Counted from the first letter of the stretch, positions 1 to 10,016 are shown. The stretch: 60,709 nt of DNA from Candidatus Kaiserbacteria bacterium RIFCSPLOWO2_01_FULL_45_25 (GCA_001781415.1 MFLT01000008.1:101916-162624); one strand, 5' to 3'. Notes: generated from the letters alone by a model not told the origin. Translations and numbers: made by a program.

Positions 1-50
1 AGTTCAGCGTGAACTTCCAGTCCGATAGTGGTTTTGTAGATTGTACTCAT
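1..50 (-). CDS. gatB: Asp-tRNA(Asn)/Glu-tRNA(Gln) amidotransferase subunit B, N-terminal fragment running off the window edge
   Basis: Manual translation from ATG at 50 gives MSTIYKTTIGLEVHAEL, matching the GatB N-terminal IGLEVHxxL motif; not in the ORF track. Confidence 0.8.
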   Translation of the reverse strand, partial: MSTIYKTTIGLEVHAE

Positions 51-108
51 AGTAAAAAAGCGAATTAAAAATAAACTAATCAGACAAGTAGTAACTTGTC
101 GGTCTATT

Positions 109-1083
109 CTACGATTGTCTTAGGTGTTGTACAAGTGAATCAGCCAATTCTTTGACCCCTTCCCCTGTTTCTACAGAGATTACAAACACACGATTCTCAT
201 TTTTGTCAATAGTCTTGAGTACGGTCTCCAAATACGCTTCATTTACAAGGTCTTTTTTAGTAAAAATAATCCACTCTTCCTTGTCTGTAAGCTCTTTGCT
301 GAAGGCACTGAGCTCCTTGCGGATGGTTTCGTAGCGTTCTAGAGCGTCCTCTGTCTCAAGCGAGACGAGGTGTAGGAGCATTTTGGTACGAGTTACGTGT
401 CGCAAGAATGTGTGTCCGAGGCCTTTTCCGGCAGCAGCACCTTCAATGAGACCAGGAATATCTGCCAAAACGTACCCATAAAAATCTCCTAAATGTGGCT
501 CGAGTGTAGTGAATGGAAAGGCACCAATTTTTGAGTGCGCATTAGTCAGAGAATTAAGGAGAGTCGACTTCCCGGCGTTTGGCATACCAATTAAACCGAC
601 GTCCACGACGAGTGAAAGTGCGATCTCAAGCTCCCCTTCTTCCCCAGCCCGACCAAGGGTCGCTTCTTCTGGAGACCGGTTGATAGAAGACTTGAAGTGC
701 TCGTTTCCGAGTCCACCGCCTCCACCCTTGAAGACTCGCTCTAGTTGTCCTTCCTCAAGTAGTTCGTAGGTACGACCACGCTCACGGTCAGTCACCATTG
801 ATCCGATAGGTACGTCAATAATCAAATCCTCTCCGTTTTTACCGAAGCGACTTTTGTTCTCTCCTGGTCCTCCCGACTCCGCCTCGAACTCTTTGGAGCC
901 TGTGTACTTAGCTAGCAGGTTCACGTCACGAACAGCCCGCAAAACGATATCGCCGCCCCGGCCGCCGTTACCGCCAGATGGTCCAGCCATCGGTCGAAAC
1001 TTCTCATGACTCCAGCGCACTACGCCGTCTCCGCCGTTTCCAGCCTTTGCATAAATTGTAAGTTGGTCTATAAACATGGACAT
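109..1083 (-). CDS. obgE: GTPase Obg/CgtA, lacking the C-terminal OCT domain
   Basis: FIDQLTIYAKAGNGGDG Gly-rich Obg fold; G1 GMPNAGKS, G2 FTTLEP, G3 DIPG, G4 TKKD; start moved to ATG 1083 (alternative 1077). Confidence 0.97.
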   Translation of the reverse strand: MSMFIDQLTIYAKAGNGGDGVVRWSHEKFRPMAGPSGGNGGRGGDIVLRAVRDVNLLAKYTGSKEFEAESGGPGENKSRFGKNGEDLIIDVPIGSMVTDRERGRTYELLEEGQLERVFKGGGGGLGNEHFKSSINRSPEEATLGRAGEEGELEIALSLVVDVGLIGMPNAGKSTLLNSLTNAHSKIGAFPFTTLEPHLGDFYGYVLADIPGLIEGAAAGKGLGHTFLRHVTRTKMLLHLVSLETEDALERYETIRKELSAFSKELTDKEEWIIFTKKDLVNEAYLETVLKTIDKNENRVFVISVETGEGVKELADSLVQHLRQS

Positions 1084-1225
1084 AGTGATAACACAAAAAA
1101 CCTTATCTGTACAGAATAATCCCCAAAGACAGACAGAGTGAATTAGTCTGTGGCACAGGTCGTGGCCGCGCAAATTATCAGACACCCGCCACCTTTGGGT
1201 AACAGGTAGTCGTTACCCATATAAA

Positions 1226-1254
1226 ACAAAACCACCCGAAGTGGGTGGTTTTGT
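1226..1254. terminator. Bidirectional intrinsic terminator-like hairpin
   Basis: ACAAAACCACCC-GAAGT-GGGTGGTTTTGT inverted repeat downstream of the holin-family gene. Confidence 0.75.
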
Positions 1255-1320
1255 CGGTTACTCATACTTCAGGTAACAGTGTCCGACGACCAGAATGTCT
1301 AACAAAATAGAGCTATGTCG

Positions 1321-1653
1321 CTACAGGTACTTATTGAAGACAGCACTCGCTACCGACACAATTAGTGATCCTAGTAGTGCGTGGAGGAAAGTCTCTACCG
1401 CAAACCCATCGATGAACGTTGCAGCAAACCAGAATAACGCTGCGTTGATAACAAACATAAACAACCCCAAAGTGAGAATAGTGATTGGAAAAGTCAGGAC
1501 AACCAAAATTGGTCGAACAAAGAGATTGAGTAGTCCGAGCACAATCGCAGCGATAAGAGCTGGGTAGAATCCGTCCACTGTGATGCCAGGAATGTACTCC
1601 GCGACAATCAAGAGGACCAGCGCGGTCAGTAATAATCGAGTAATTAATTTCAT
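1321..1653 (-). CDS. 4-TMS phage-holin-family (YvlD-like) membrane protein
   Basis: Four hydrophobic helices; LGLLNLFVRPIL..LTFPITILTLGLF..VINA signature. Confidence 0.85.
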   Translation of the reverse strand: MKLITRLLLTALVLLIVAEYIPGITVDGFYPALIAAIVLGLLNLFVRPILVVLTFPITILTLGLFMFVINAALFWFAATFIDGFAVETFLHALLGSLIVSVASAVFNKYL

Positions 1654-1663
1654 AACTATGAGA

Positions 1664-4183
1664 TTATTTTGAAATAAGCTTCCATGAGCCAGCCGCCAAA
1701 AGCGCCTCGGCTTTTTTGAACTTCAGGGTCTGAGTATCAGTACCGTCAGTGATAGTCACTAAGTCATTACGGCCAACCGCTTCCTTGGCCCGAGCTGGTG
1801 CGCTGCCACCCTTAGACTCACTGGCACCCGCCGCTGCTTGCGCTGCTTCAGACTGCTTCTTCATCTCCGCTTCCTCACGTTCAATTATAACTGGTTGTAG
1901 TCGTGGCAACACTTCGGCAATACGGATAAGGACAACCTGCTGCATTTCCTTGAAGAGACGGGTGCCTTCCTTGCGGTATTCAATGAGTGGATCACGCTGT
2001 CCGTAAGCACGTAGGTTTACGCTTGAGCGAGTATATGACATCACCTCAAGGTGTTCTACCCAAAGAGTATCAATCATCTGGAGGGCCAGTCGGCGGAATA
2101 AATTACGGAAGACTTCCTCTCCTAACTCGGCTGTCTTGGCTGCCACCGCTGCCGCTGACTCGGGCGACATGTCTCGTACCTCAGCCAGCATCTTGTCTAT
2201 CTCAACAGCGTCCCCCACCAAGAGCTGGTGGCGGCGAGAGTAGATAGCCATACGCTGCAAATTTAGTACATCATCGTAGGCGAGGATTTGCTTACGAGCA
2301 TCAAAGTGAAATCCTTCGATGCGAGTCTGAGCACTTTCGAGTGTCTTGGCGAGCATGTTCATTTCAATTGGCTGGTCTTCAGGAATACCAAAAGTGCCCA
2401 TCAGGCTCTTTACCCTCTCCCCTCCAAAGACCCGCATCAGGTTGTCTTCCATCGACACAAAGAACTGTGTCTCTCCAGCATCGCCCTGGCGGCCGGCACG
2501 ACCTCGTAGCTGATTATCTATGCGTCTAGCCTCATGTCGCTCTGTACCAAGCACAAACAGGCCTCCGAGAGCCTTTACGGCCTCAGCCTCCTCTACAGTG
2601 GCTTCTGGGCCGCCTAGTTTGATGTCTACACCACGACCAGCCATGTTGGTGGCCAATGTTACCGCTCCAATCTTTCCAGCCGCTGCGATAATCTCTCCTT
2701 CTCGTTCGTGGTTCTTGGCGTTAAGCATCTGGTGAGTTACTCCAGCTTGTGCCAGTGCAATTGAAAGACGTTCGTTTGATTCAATTGAAGCAGTACCAAT
2801 AAGAATTGGCTGCCCTTTAGTGTGAACCTCTTTTACTTTGGCGATGATAGCTTTAAACTTACCCGCCTCGTTTTGGTAGATTAAGTCAGTGTGATCAAGG
2901 CGGGCAATCTTGCGATTGGTTGGAATTGGAATCACCTCTAGGTTGTACACTGTAAAAAATTCTTCTTGAGAGGTCAGAGCCGTACCAGTCATACCAGACA
3001 GCTTCTTGTACATACGGAAATAGTTCTGGTACGTAATAGATGCAAAGGTCTTTGACTCACGCTGAATAGTTACACCTTCTTTGGCTTCTACTGCTTGGTG
3101 TAGCCCTTCAGACCAACGTCGCCCTGGCTGGAGTCGTCCGGTGAATTCATCAACAATTACTACCTCACCATCACGCACTACATACTCTTTATCCTTGGTA
3201 TAGAGAGCTTTAGCTCGGACCGCTGTCTCTAGGTGGTGTACGTATTTAATTCCCTTGTCTGTATAGATATTGTCGATACCAAGCATCTTCTGTGCAGCAT
3301 CAATACCAGCGTCCGTTAAGGTCGCACTCTTGAGCTTCTCATCTACTGTGAAATGCTCTTCTATCTTTAGGTTGCGTGCAATCTGAGCAAAGGTACCGTA
3401 GAGATTTTCTGAGTCATTAGCTGGTGCTGAAATGATGAGCGGTGTCCGGGCTTCGTCGATAAGAATAGAGTCAATTTCGTCGACAATCGCGTAAGCGTGT
3501 CCACGCTGACGGAGATGCTCAGCTTCGTATTCGATATTATCGCGTAGGAAGTCAAAACCAAATTCACTGTTGGTTCCGTAAGTAATATCAGCTGCATAGG
3601 CTTCTTGTCGGGTACATGGTCGCAGGAAGTCGTAAACAACCTTGTATGAACCTACCTCATCTCGCACACTATCAAGCTCTTGGTGAGTACTATCGTATAT
3701 ATATGAAGAGTCGTGATTTATCACACCAACACTGAGTCCAAGCGCAGCGTAGATCTGACCCATCCAAACAGCATCACGACGAGATAGATAGTCGTTAACC
3801 GTAACTACATGCACTCCGTTTTGAGTGAGAGCATTGAGGTAAGCCGGCAAAGTACCTACTAGTGTCTTTCCTTCTCCAGTCCGCATCTCAGTGATGTTGC
3901 CACGATGGAGAATAATTCCGCCAATCATCTGCACGTCGTAGTGACGTAGTCCAAGTGTCCGCTTTGCCGCCTCACGCGTCAGCGCAAAAGCCTCAACCAA
4001 TACATCATCGAGTGTCTCTCCAGCCTGCAGCCGGCTTTTGAGCTTGGCTGTCTCCTCTGGCAAAGATTCAGTAGCTAACGCAGCAAATTCCTCCTCCTTG
4101 GCATTAATAGCATTAATAAGCGGAGTGACTGATTTCAACTCCTTTTCGTAGGTTGGACCAAAGAATCTATCTAAAAATGTCAT
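1664..4183 (-). CDS. secA: Preprotein translocase ATPase SecA
   Basis: EMRTGEGKT, VTVNDYL, IVDEIDSILIDEARTPLIIS, ATNMAGRGVDI, QLRGRAGRQGD motifs; start moved to ATG 4183 (MTFLDRFFG). Confidence 0.98.
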   Translation of the reverse strand: MTFLDRFFGPTYEKELKSVTPLINAINAKEEEFAALATESLPEETAKLKSRLQAGETLDDVLVEAFALTREAAKRTLGLRHYDVQMIGGIILHRGNITEMRTGEGKTLVGTLPAYLNALTQNGVHVVTVNDYLSRRDAVWMGQIYAALGLSVGVINHDSSYIYDSTHQELDSVRDEVGSYKVVYDFLRPCTRQEAYAADITYGTNSEFGFDFLRDNIEYEAEHLRQRGHAYAIVDEIDSILIDEARTPLIISAPANDSENLYGTFAQIARNLKIEEHFTVDEKLKSATLTDAGIDAAQKMLGIDNIYTDKGIKYVHHLETAVRAKALYTKDKEYVVRDGEVVIVDEFTGRLQPGRRWSEGLHQAVEAKEGVTIQRESKTFASITYQNYFRMYKKLSGMTGTALTSQEEFFTVYNLEVIPIPTNRKIARLDHTDLIYQNEAGKFKAIIAKVKEVHTKGQPILIGTASIESNERLSIALAQAGVTHQMLNAKNHEREGEIIAAAGKIGAVTLATNMAGRGVDIKLGGPEATVEEAEAVKALGGLFVLGTERHEARRIDNQLRGRAGRQGDAGETQFFVSMEDNLMRVFGGERVKSLMGTFGIPEDQPIEMNMLAKTLESAQTRIEGFHFDARKQILAYDDVLNLQRMAIYSRRHQLLVGDAVEIDKMLAEVRDMSPESAAAVAAKTAELGEEVFRNLFRRLALQMIDTLWVEHLEVMSYTRSSVNLRAYGQRDPLIEYRKEGTRLFKEMQQVVLIRIAEVLPRLQPVIIEREEAEMKKQSEAAQAAAGASESKGGSAPARAKEAVGRNDLVTITDGTDTQTLKFKKAEALLAAGSWKLISK

Positions 4184-4295
4184 AGTGGGCCTAGTATATA
4201 CGCTCTTTATTATAAATACAAAAAGCAAAATCGCCCCTTGCGGGACGATTATGCAACAAGTCGTACTGGCAGATGGAACGTTCCGTCTGCAGATA

Positions 4296-4463
4296 TTACT
4301 TTTTTGACTTCTTTGCTGCCTTCTTCTTTGGAGCAGCCTTCTTTGCTGCCTTCTTCGCTACCTTCTTAACAGCCTTCTTTACTGTCTTCTTCACAGCCTT
4401 CTTTGGTGCTGCCTTCTTTGCGGTCTTCTTCGCTACTTTCTTGACAGCTTTCTTTGTTGCCAT
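4296..4463 (-). CDS. Histone H1-like Lys/Ala-rich nucleoid protein (55 aa)
   Basis: MATKKAVKKVAKKTAKKAAPKK...; repeated KKAVKK/KKAAKK units; ATG at 4463. Confidence 0.85.
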   Translation of the reverse strand: MATKKAVKKVAKKTAKKAAPKKAVKKTVKKAVKKVAKKAAKKAAPKKKAAKKSKK

Positions 4464-4606
4464 ATATGTGATGAGAGTATTAGTGAATAAAATTCGACCG
4501 CAACACCTTCTCGAGTTGAAAGAACAATTCGGAGAGAGAAGATATTTGCTTACATATATTATCGCGCGTAAAAAAAATTTACACAATCACTTTTACAAAA
4601 TTTATT

Positions 4607-4615
4607 TGTGGATAA
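4607..4615 (-). promoter_or_regulatory. Consensus DnaA box (TTATCCACA)
   Basis: TGTGGATAA on + strand is an exact 9/9 match; single isolated copy. Confidence 0.45.
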
Positions 4616-4616
4616 G

Positions 4617-4660
4617 AAAATGCGTGAAAAATTTTTTTAAAAAAATTTTTCACGCATTTT
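4617..4660. repeat. Perfect 44-bp spacerless palindrome
   Basis: AAAATGCGTGAAAAATTTTTTT followed immediately by its exact reverse complement AAAAAAATTTTTCACGCATTTT. Confidence 0.95.
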
Positions 4661-4691
4661 AAAAATAAATTTTAGAAAATAAAAAATATTT

Positions 4692-5729
4692 TTATTTATT
4701 TTTTATAAATCGTACCTCAGGAGAAATAATTATTTTTGTTTTTACGTACACTAAATCAGAAATGTGTGTGGCAAATTTTTTAATTTCATCAGTCGTCGCT
4801 CCGCCATAATTTACGAGCACGAGTGCTTGAGCTTCGTAGAGTCCAACGTTTCCTTTCTTGTATCCACGGAGGCCACATATCTTATCTAGCACGTATCCTA
4901 AGGATATTTTGACCATTCCCTCTCCCGCCTCATACTGCGGAAGCTCGGGATACTTCAAGCGTAACGCATCTGCTTCAAAGCGACGCACCACTGGATTCTT
5001 AAAAAATGATCCAGCTGTACCGAGTACTGTCCAGTCTGGAAACTTCGCCGCGCGAATTGCAATAATCGCTTGCCGCACTTCTTCTACTCTTGGAGTAGTG
5101 TCTCCAAATTTATCTCTCAAGTCTGCGTAACCAATTTTTGGTGTCAGATTTTTTTGTAAATCAAAATGCACTGCGGTGATAAAATAATTTTTTCCATTTT
5201 CTTTTTTGAAAAATGATTCGCGATAGGCAAATTCACACTCATCATTATTGAGCACATCTACTTCTCCAGTGACAACATTACACACTTCAACATGCGCAAT
5301 TAATTGCGCCACCTCCACTCCATACGCTCCGACATTTTGCACCGGAGTCGCTCCGACTGTACCTGGAATTGCCGACAGATTTTCTAGTCCCCAATACCCC
5401 TTCGCTACACTCTCCGCTACGACCTCATCCAGCATTTCGCCGGCTCCACACACGAGCGTCACTCGCCCATCCTCATACTCGGTGTATTCACGTCCCTTGA
5501 TAGCACACCAAACAACAACTCCGTTGTAGCCAGTGTCATCAATCAGCATATTTGACCCTCCTCCGAGGAATAATAATGGTAGTTTTTGAGAGCGCGCAAA
5601 GGCCACCGCCTCAGTTAAGTCAGCTTGATTAGTAACGGTCACAAAATAACGAGCTACACCACCCGTCTTGAGGGTGGTGTAGTTTGCTAGTTGGATATTT
5701 TCTTGAATTTGTATTGGCATAGTTGCCAA
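4692..5729 (-). CDS. murB: UDP-N-acetylenolpyruvoylglucosamine reductase
   Basis: TLKTGGVARYF, LGGGSN, IPGTVGATPVQNVGAYG, GTAGSFFKNP, PEV motifs. Confidence 0.97.
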   Translation of the reverse strand: MATMPIQIQENIQLANYTTLKTGGVARYFVTVTNQADLTEAVAFARSQKLPLLFLGGGSNMLIDDTGYNGVVVWCAIKGREYTEYEDGRVTLVCGAGEMLDEVVAESVAKGYWGLENLSAIPGTVGATPVQNVGAYGVEVAQLIAHVEVCNVVTGEVDVLNNDECEFAYRESFFKKENGKNYFITAVHFDLQKNLTPKIGYADLRDKFGDTTPRVEEVRQAIIAIRAAKFPDWTVLGTAGSFFKNPVVRRFEADALRLKYPELPQYEAGEGMVKISLGYVLDKICGLRGYKKGNVGLYEAQALVLVNYGGATTDEIKKFATHISDLVYVKTKIIISPEVRFIKNK

Positions 5730-5735
5730 TACACT

Positions 5736-7928
5736 TTAGCAGCCTTCTTGCGGTTGTCTACCTGCTTCTAGGTTATCAGCGTAACAGTTAGCGGTCTTAG
5801 CAAAGGCTGGACGAACTTCTCCGGCTTGGCGAAGAGTGGCGACGGCTGAGGCAGTGTCACCCACCTGACTATATAAGAAAGCGAGCGAAGCCCAGTTTTG
5901 ATCTACTTCTGGATTACTCTTTACCTTCTCCTTATACAGCTCCACCATAAAGGCATAGTCCTTTGCTTGATTCACGGCACCCAAGAGGAAATCATTCTTT
6001 GCAAAACCACTTAAGATTTCTGGAGTAGTAGCCAAGGCCTTAGCAGCCTCTCCTTCACCATTGTTGAACAACATGGTTGCATAAAACTCTCTAGCCTCGG
6101 CGTTACGCTCATCGAGATCAAGGGCTTCTTTAAATAAATCCCGCGCTCCAACAACATTACCAAGACTATACTCAATGATAGCTTGCTGCGAAATAATAGA
6201 TTGCTTCCGTGGAGACAATTCACGCGCTCTGGCCATCTCAGTCTTGGCTCGCTCTAGGTCACCCAAGGAACGATAAAAAGTACCAATAAACACATGGATA
6301 CGGGCATCGCCTGGCTTGTCTTTGGCTAATCTATCTAGCTCACGAATCGCGAGCTCAACATACTTCATCCGCACCTCTTCACTTACCTGCTCATTGCGAA
6401 TAATAGACATCGCCTGCTGCGCCACCTGTTCAGCAATTTCTTGCTGCGCAAATGAATTGCGATTTACCGCTCGCTCAAAAGCTTCAAGACGTTCAACAGG
6501 ATCAGCGGTGGCGCGGTAGCCTTCGATGATATCGGAAGCAGCGTGCATGCCCGGTAGGTGCAAGGTATATACCAAGAACACCACCAGTAGGGCTGCCACT
6601 GGTGCCACAAACTGCTTTACCAACACTGGATCAATCTTAAACTTCTCTACCGATGGCATCACTTGCCCGACGCGACTATGGATAAGCGCCAAGATAAGCG
6701 CGAAGAACATGTAACTAACGATGTTATCAAACACCACGATATTGTGCGTAAAGTACCCGGCCAAAATACCGATAAGTACACCACGCTCCAGTACAGTAAA
6801 CGTCTCCTTCTCGCGGCGCAGGAACGGCTCCACAAACAAGTAATACAAAGCGGCCACAAAGATACTGAGGTAGGCAAAGAGTCCCAAGAAACCACCAGTC
6901 ACCAACCAATCCATGAAGATATTATGGGAACGGTCAAACCACTGCTCTTGGTTAAAGAGGAACGGATTATACTGCTCATTAAACACAAAGTTAAAGTTAC
7001 TCTGACCCCAACCAAGGACTGGTCTCTCCTTCACACCCTCCCAAGCCATTCGCCAGATGGTCATACGCACACGTAAGTCTTCTCCGAGGTCAATATTGGC
7101 CACACGAGCAAGGTTTCCGTTGTTCTGAATGAAGTCAGCATCTTTACCAAGAATCAAAGTTCCGGCCCCAAGAATTAAGACAATAAAGGCTCCAATCGCG
7201 TATTTACGGAACTCACGATACTTCGCACCAAACAGCATGATGTATGTCACCATCACAGCTAAACCAGCCCCAAACCCGAGGACAGTACCGCGAGTACCAG
7301 AGTTCATCAAAGCATAAATAAATAGAACAGACAGCAAGATGTAAACCACTCTATGTAGCGTCACCTTACTCTCCACAAACATCCAAAAGGCAATGAAGAT
7401 GTGGAAGAGCATGTAGATAGAAAAGTAAGCAGCGTTACCGAGATAACTCTCAATACGACTACCTTCACGTCCCTCAACTACACCAGTATATTGCGCTACA
7501 CCATAGATGGCCGCTATAAGCGCAACAGCTAACGTAGTATGCAAATACCAATTCCAAGCCTTCTTGGTCGTAAAGACACTTCCCAAGACCACCACATACA
7601 AGAACACATGTACGAGCGTGATGTATCCATCCATACGTTCAAAGTTGCTCCAGAAACTTGATTCCGGATGCACTCCAAACATATTCGCAAAAAACATCAC
7701 TCCCAGGAGCACACTGAAACTTGAAAGAATCCATGAGAACTTCGGTCGATAAGTCGTATCCAGCAAGGCCAAAACCGCCCAAGCTACAAAGACCAACTCA
7801 ACAATGATACGAAAGGCAAAGTTTTTGCCGGTAATAAAAGGAAAGAAATAATCGTTTGCCACAAACAATGTCAGAAACGGAATTGCAAACAATCCTCCGT
7901 AGACAATAGCCTTTAAAATGTCATTCAT
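5736..7928 (-). CDS. O-antigen ligase-like (Wzy_C) membrane protein with C-terminal TPR repeats
   Basis: About 12 TM segments, SGTRG, R..IWRMAWEG..ERPVLGWG..NF and DRSHNIFMD motifs; TPR-like helical C-terminus. Confidence 0.88.
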   Translation of the reverse strand: MNDILKAIVYGGLFAIPFLTLFVANDYFFPFITGKNFAFRIIVELVFVAWAVLALLDTTYRPKFSWILSSFSVLLGVMFFANMFGVHPESSFWSNFERMDGYITLVHVFLYVVVLGSVFTTKKAWNWYLHTTLAVALIAAIYGVAQYTGVVEGREGSRIESYLGNAAYFSIYMLFHIFIAFWMFVESKVTLHRVVYILLSVLFIYALMNSGTRGTVLGFGAGLAVMVTYIMLFGAKYREFRKYAIGAFIVLILGAGTLILGKDADFIQNNGNLARVANIDLGEDLRVRMTIWRMAWEGVKERPVLGWGQSNFNFVFNEQYNPFLFNQEQWFDRSHNIFMDWLVTGGFLGLFAYLSIFVAALYYLFVEPFLRREKETFTVLERGVLIGILAGYFTHNIVVFDNIVSYMFFALILALIHSRVGQVMPSVEKFKIDPVLVKQFVAPVAALLVVFLVYTLHLPGMHAASDIIEGYRATADPVERLEAFERAVNRNSFAQQEIAEQVAQQAMSIIRNEQVSEEVRMKYVELAIRELDRLAKDKPGDARIHVFIGTFYRSLGDLERAKTEMARARELSPRKQSIISQQAIIEYSLGNVVGARDLFKEALDLDERNAEAREFYATMLFNNGEGEAAKALATTPEILSGFAKNDFLLGAVNQAKDYAFMVELYKEKVKSNPEVDQNWASLAFLYSQVGDTASAVATLRQAGEVRPAFAKTANCYADNLEAGRQPQEGC

Positions 7929-8012
7929 ATGGGTGCAAATATACCATATCCTAGAATCGACCCCGCACTAGACGAAAGGCAAAAACCGGTTTGAAAACAC
8001 AATAGACATATG

Positions 8013-8044
8013 AAAACGGCTGGGAACAAGTTCCCAGCCGTTTT
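8013..8044. terminator. Long intrinsic terminator-like hairpin
   Basis: AAAACGGCTGGGAAC-AA-GTTCCCAGCCGTTTT just after the stop of 8062..8790. Confidence 0.8.
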
Positions 8045-8061
8045 TCGTACGCACCTTCGTG

Positions 8062-8790
8062 CTACTTGTTGAGTTGAATCTTTTTGTCCACTTCCTCTTC
8101 AAACTCAGGCGCGGTTTCGGAAATACGCTCGATGTCCGTCTCTTCCGAGACACCGATCTGCACCTCGAGAATGATGAGCGGCTCATCATCTGGTGCCTTT
8201 GGCGCATGCCATACCCCTGGCAAGTTCACCCGCACCTCGCCTTTCATGGAGAAGAAGAACTCCGTCCGGAGTTTGTGTCGTTGCAGCGACAGCTTCATGC
8301 CCGGATTAATGTGAAGCAGCTTCACCTTGAGAAGTGGCATGTCGAGGATGACATCGTAGTGACCCCAACGCGTCATCACCCGTTGCTTGGCATTGATGGC
8401 CGAGCTAGAGCTGTACTTGCCACCACCGAGCCCAAAGACTGGTTCGATACCGAGCTCCGCACAGACTTGCAGTTCTGGCGTGTTGTCGCTGGTGCGGTCG
8501 CCGCCGTTACCGAAGTAATCGGGCTTGATTCGCCTAAGCGCTTCACAGACAGTGCCGTCAGTGTCATCAACCTCATGAATATGAGGCGTGTACGCCTCAA
8601 GAATCTTCTTGCGGTCGACCCACGGCTGGTGAAAACTACCCTTCTTACGAACAAGCCACGCGTCACTGTTGACGATAATGTGCACTTCCCCGTATTTACT
8701 AGCCGCTTCAATCATCGCAATGTGACCTGGGTGCATTGGATCGAATCCGCCCGAGATTGCAATGGTTTTCGGTTTTGATGTCGTATTCAT
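8062..8790 (-). CDS. Cytidylyltransferase-family (HIGH) domain fused to a short mannose-6-phosphate-isomerase-type cupin
   Basis: SGGFDPMHPGH and IKPDYFGNGGDR motifs; C-terminal RWGHY..VKLLHINPGMKLSLQRH..RTEF cupin-like part. Confidence 0.85.
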   Translation of the reverse strand: MNTTSKPKTIAISGGFDPMHPGHIAMIEAASKYGEVHIIVNSDAWLVRKKGSFHQPWVDRKKILEAYTPHIHEVDDTDGTVCEALRRIKPDYFGNGGDRTSDNTPELQVCAELGIEPVFGLGGGKYSSSSAINAKQRVMTRWGHYDVILDMPLLKVKLLHINPGMKLSLQRHKLRTEFFFSMKGEVRVNLPGVWHAPKAPDDEPLIILEVQIGVSEETDIERISETAPEFEEEVDKKIQLNK

Positions 8791-8954
8791 ATATATATGT
8801 ATACCAAAAGAAGCCGAAAAAGGTTACACGACCATAAACATAGTTGAGGATAAATACCACTGTTCTACCACCCTGGACCACAAGCAACCTTTCTTCTGGT
8901 CATTAGGTTGTAGAAAATGTTAGTATGATGCAAATTTAACGGTAGTAATTATTT

Positions 8955-10013
8955 ATGAAAAAAGCACTTATCACAGGCATTACAGGACAAGACGGCTCAT
9001 ACTTAGCCGAGCTACTACTTGAAAAGGGCTACGAAGTGCATGGTATCATCCGTCCTTCAAGCTCTATCAGGACGGCCCGCATCGAACACCTTTTTAATAA
9101 TCCAGAAGTACACGACAAGACCCTCTTCCTACACCACGGCGACCTAACAGACACTACCAACATCTCTACCCTAATTCGCAACATCGAACCAGATGAGGTA
9201 TACAACCTCGCTGCTCAGAGTCATGTCCGTATTTCTTTTGACCTGCCTGAACTAACTGCCGAGACTGATGCTATGGGCACCCTTACTATCCTAGAAGCAA
9301 TTCACAAACAAGGCTTGAGTGACAAAACCAAATTCTACCAAGCCTCTACTTCAGAGCTCTACGGTCTTGTTCAAGAAACCCCCCAAAGTGAGACAACCCC
9401 CTTCTATCCCCGCAGCCCATACGGTGTAGCCAAGCTATACAGTTTTTGGATTATCAAAAATTACAGGGAAGCCTACAACATGTTTGCCTGCAACGGTATC
9501 CTTTTTAATCATGAAAGTGAGCGTCGCGGCTACAACTTCGTGACTCGCAAAATCACTATTGGCCTTTCCAAAATTAAGCTTGGTCAACAAGACGTTTTAG
9601 AGCTCGGTAATCTAGATGCTAAACGGGACTGGGGCTACGCCAAAGAATACGTAGAAGCAATGTGGCTTATGCTACAGCAAGACACGCCTGAAGACTTTGT
9701 AATTGCCACCGGCGAGACCCACAGCGTGCGAGAATTTATTGAAGCGGCTTGTGATGAACTTGGTATTAAACTTACCTGGCAAGGTACCGGAGTTGATGAA
9801 CTTGGTATTGATCAAGAGACTGGAAAAACCATCATTAAAATTAATCCTCAGTACTTCCGCCCAACTGAAGTAGACCTACTACTTGGTAATCCAACTAAAG
9901 CCAAAGAAAAACTAGGCTGGGAGGCAAAGATTAAATTTGCTGAACTAGCCAAGCTTATGACCAAAGCTGACTTTGAGCTGATGAAAAAGTACAACGGTGA
10001 ATTTCGTTTCTAG
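8955..10013 (+). CDS. gmd: GDP-mannose 4,6-dehydratase
   Basis: [48 protein letters not shown]. Confidence 0.98.
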   Translation: MKKALITGITGQDGSYLAELLLEKGYEVHGIIRPSSSIRTARIEHLFNNPEVHDKTLFLHHGDLTDTTNISTLIRNIEPDEVYNLAAQSHVRISFDLPELTAETDAMGTLTILEAIHKQGLSDKTKFYQASTSELYGLVQETPQSETTPFYPRSPYGVAKLYSFWIIKNYREAYNMFACNGILFNHESERRGYNFVTRKITIGLSKIKLGQQDVLELGNLDAKRDWGYAKEYVEAMWLMLQQDTPEDFVIATGETHSVREFIEAACDELGIKLTWQGTGVDELGIDQETGKTIIKINPQYFRPTEVDLLLGNPTKAKEKLGWEAKIKFAELAKLMTKADFELMKKYNGEFRF

Positions 10014-10016
10014 ATT

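Noticed and set aside
1321-1653. Phage-holin-family gene as a sign of a prophage
   Set aside because: The 4-TMS YvlD-like family is commonly chromosomal; it sits between secA and obgE and no phage structural, integrase or lysin genes are present.
4273-4662. 129-aa hydrophobic plus-strand ORF (FFAAFF repeats)
   Set aside because: It is the antisense shadow of the Lys-rich H1-like gene: AAG/AAA codons read as Phe/Leu on the other strand.
4560-4720. Possible replication origin (AT-rich region plus DnaA box)
   Set aside because: Only one consensus box, no dnaA/dnaN nearby, and no gene-strand switch at this point; kept only as the palindrome finding.
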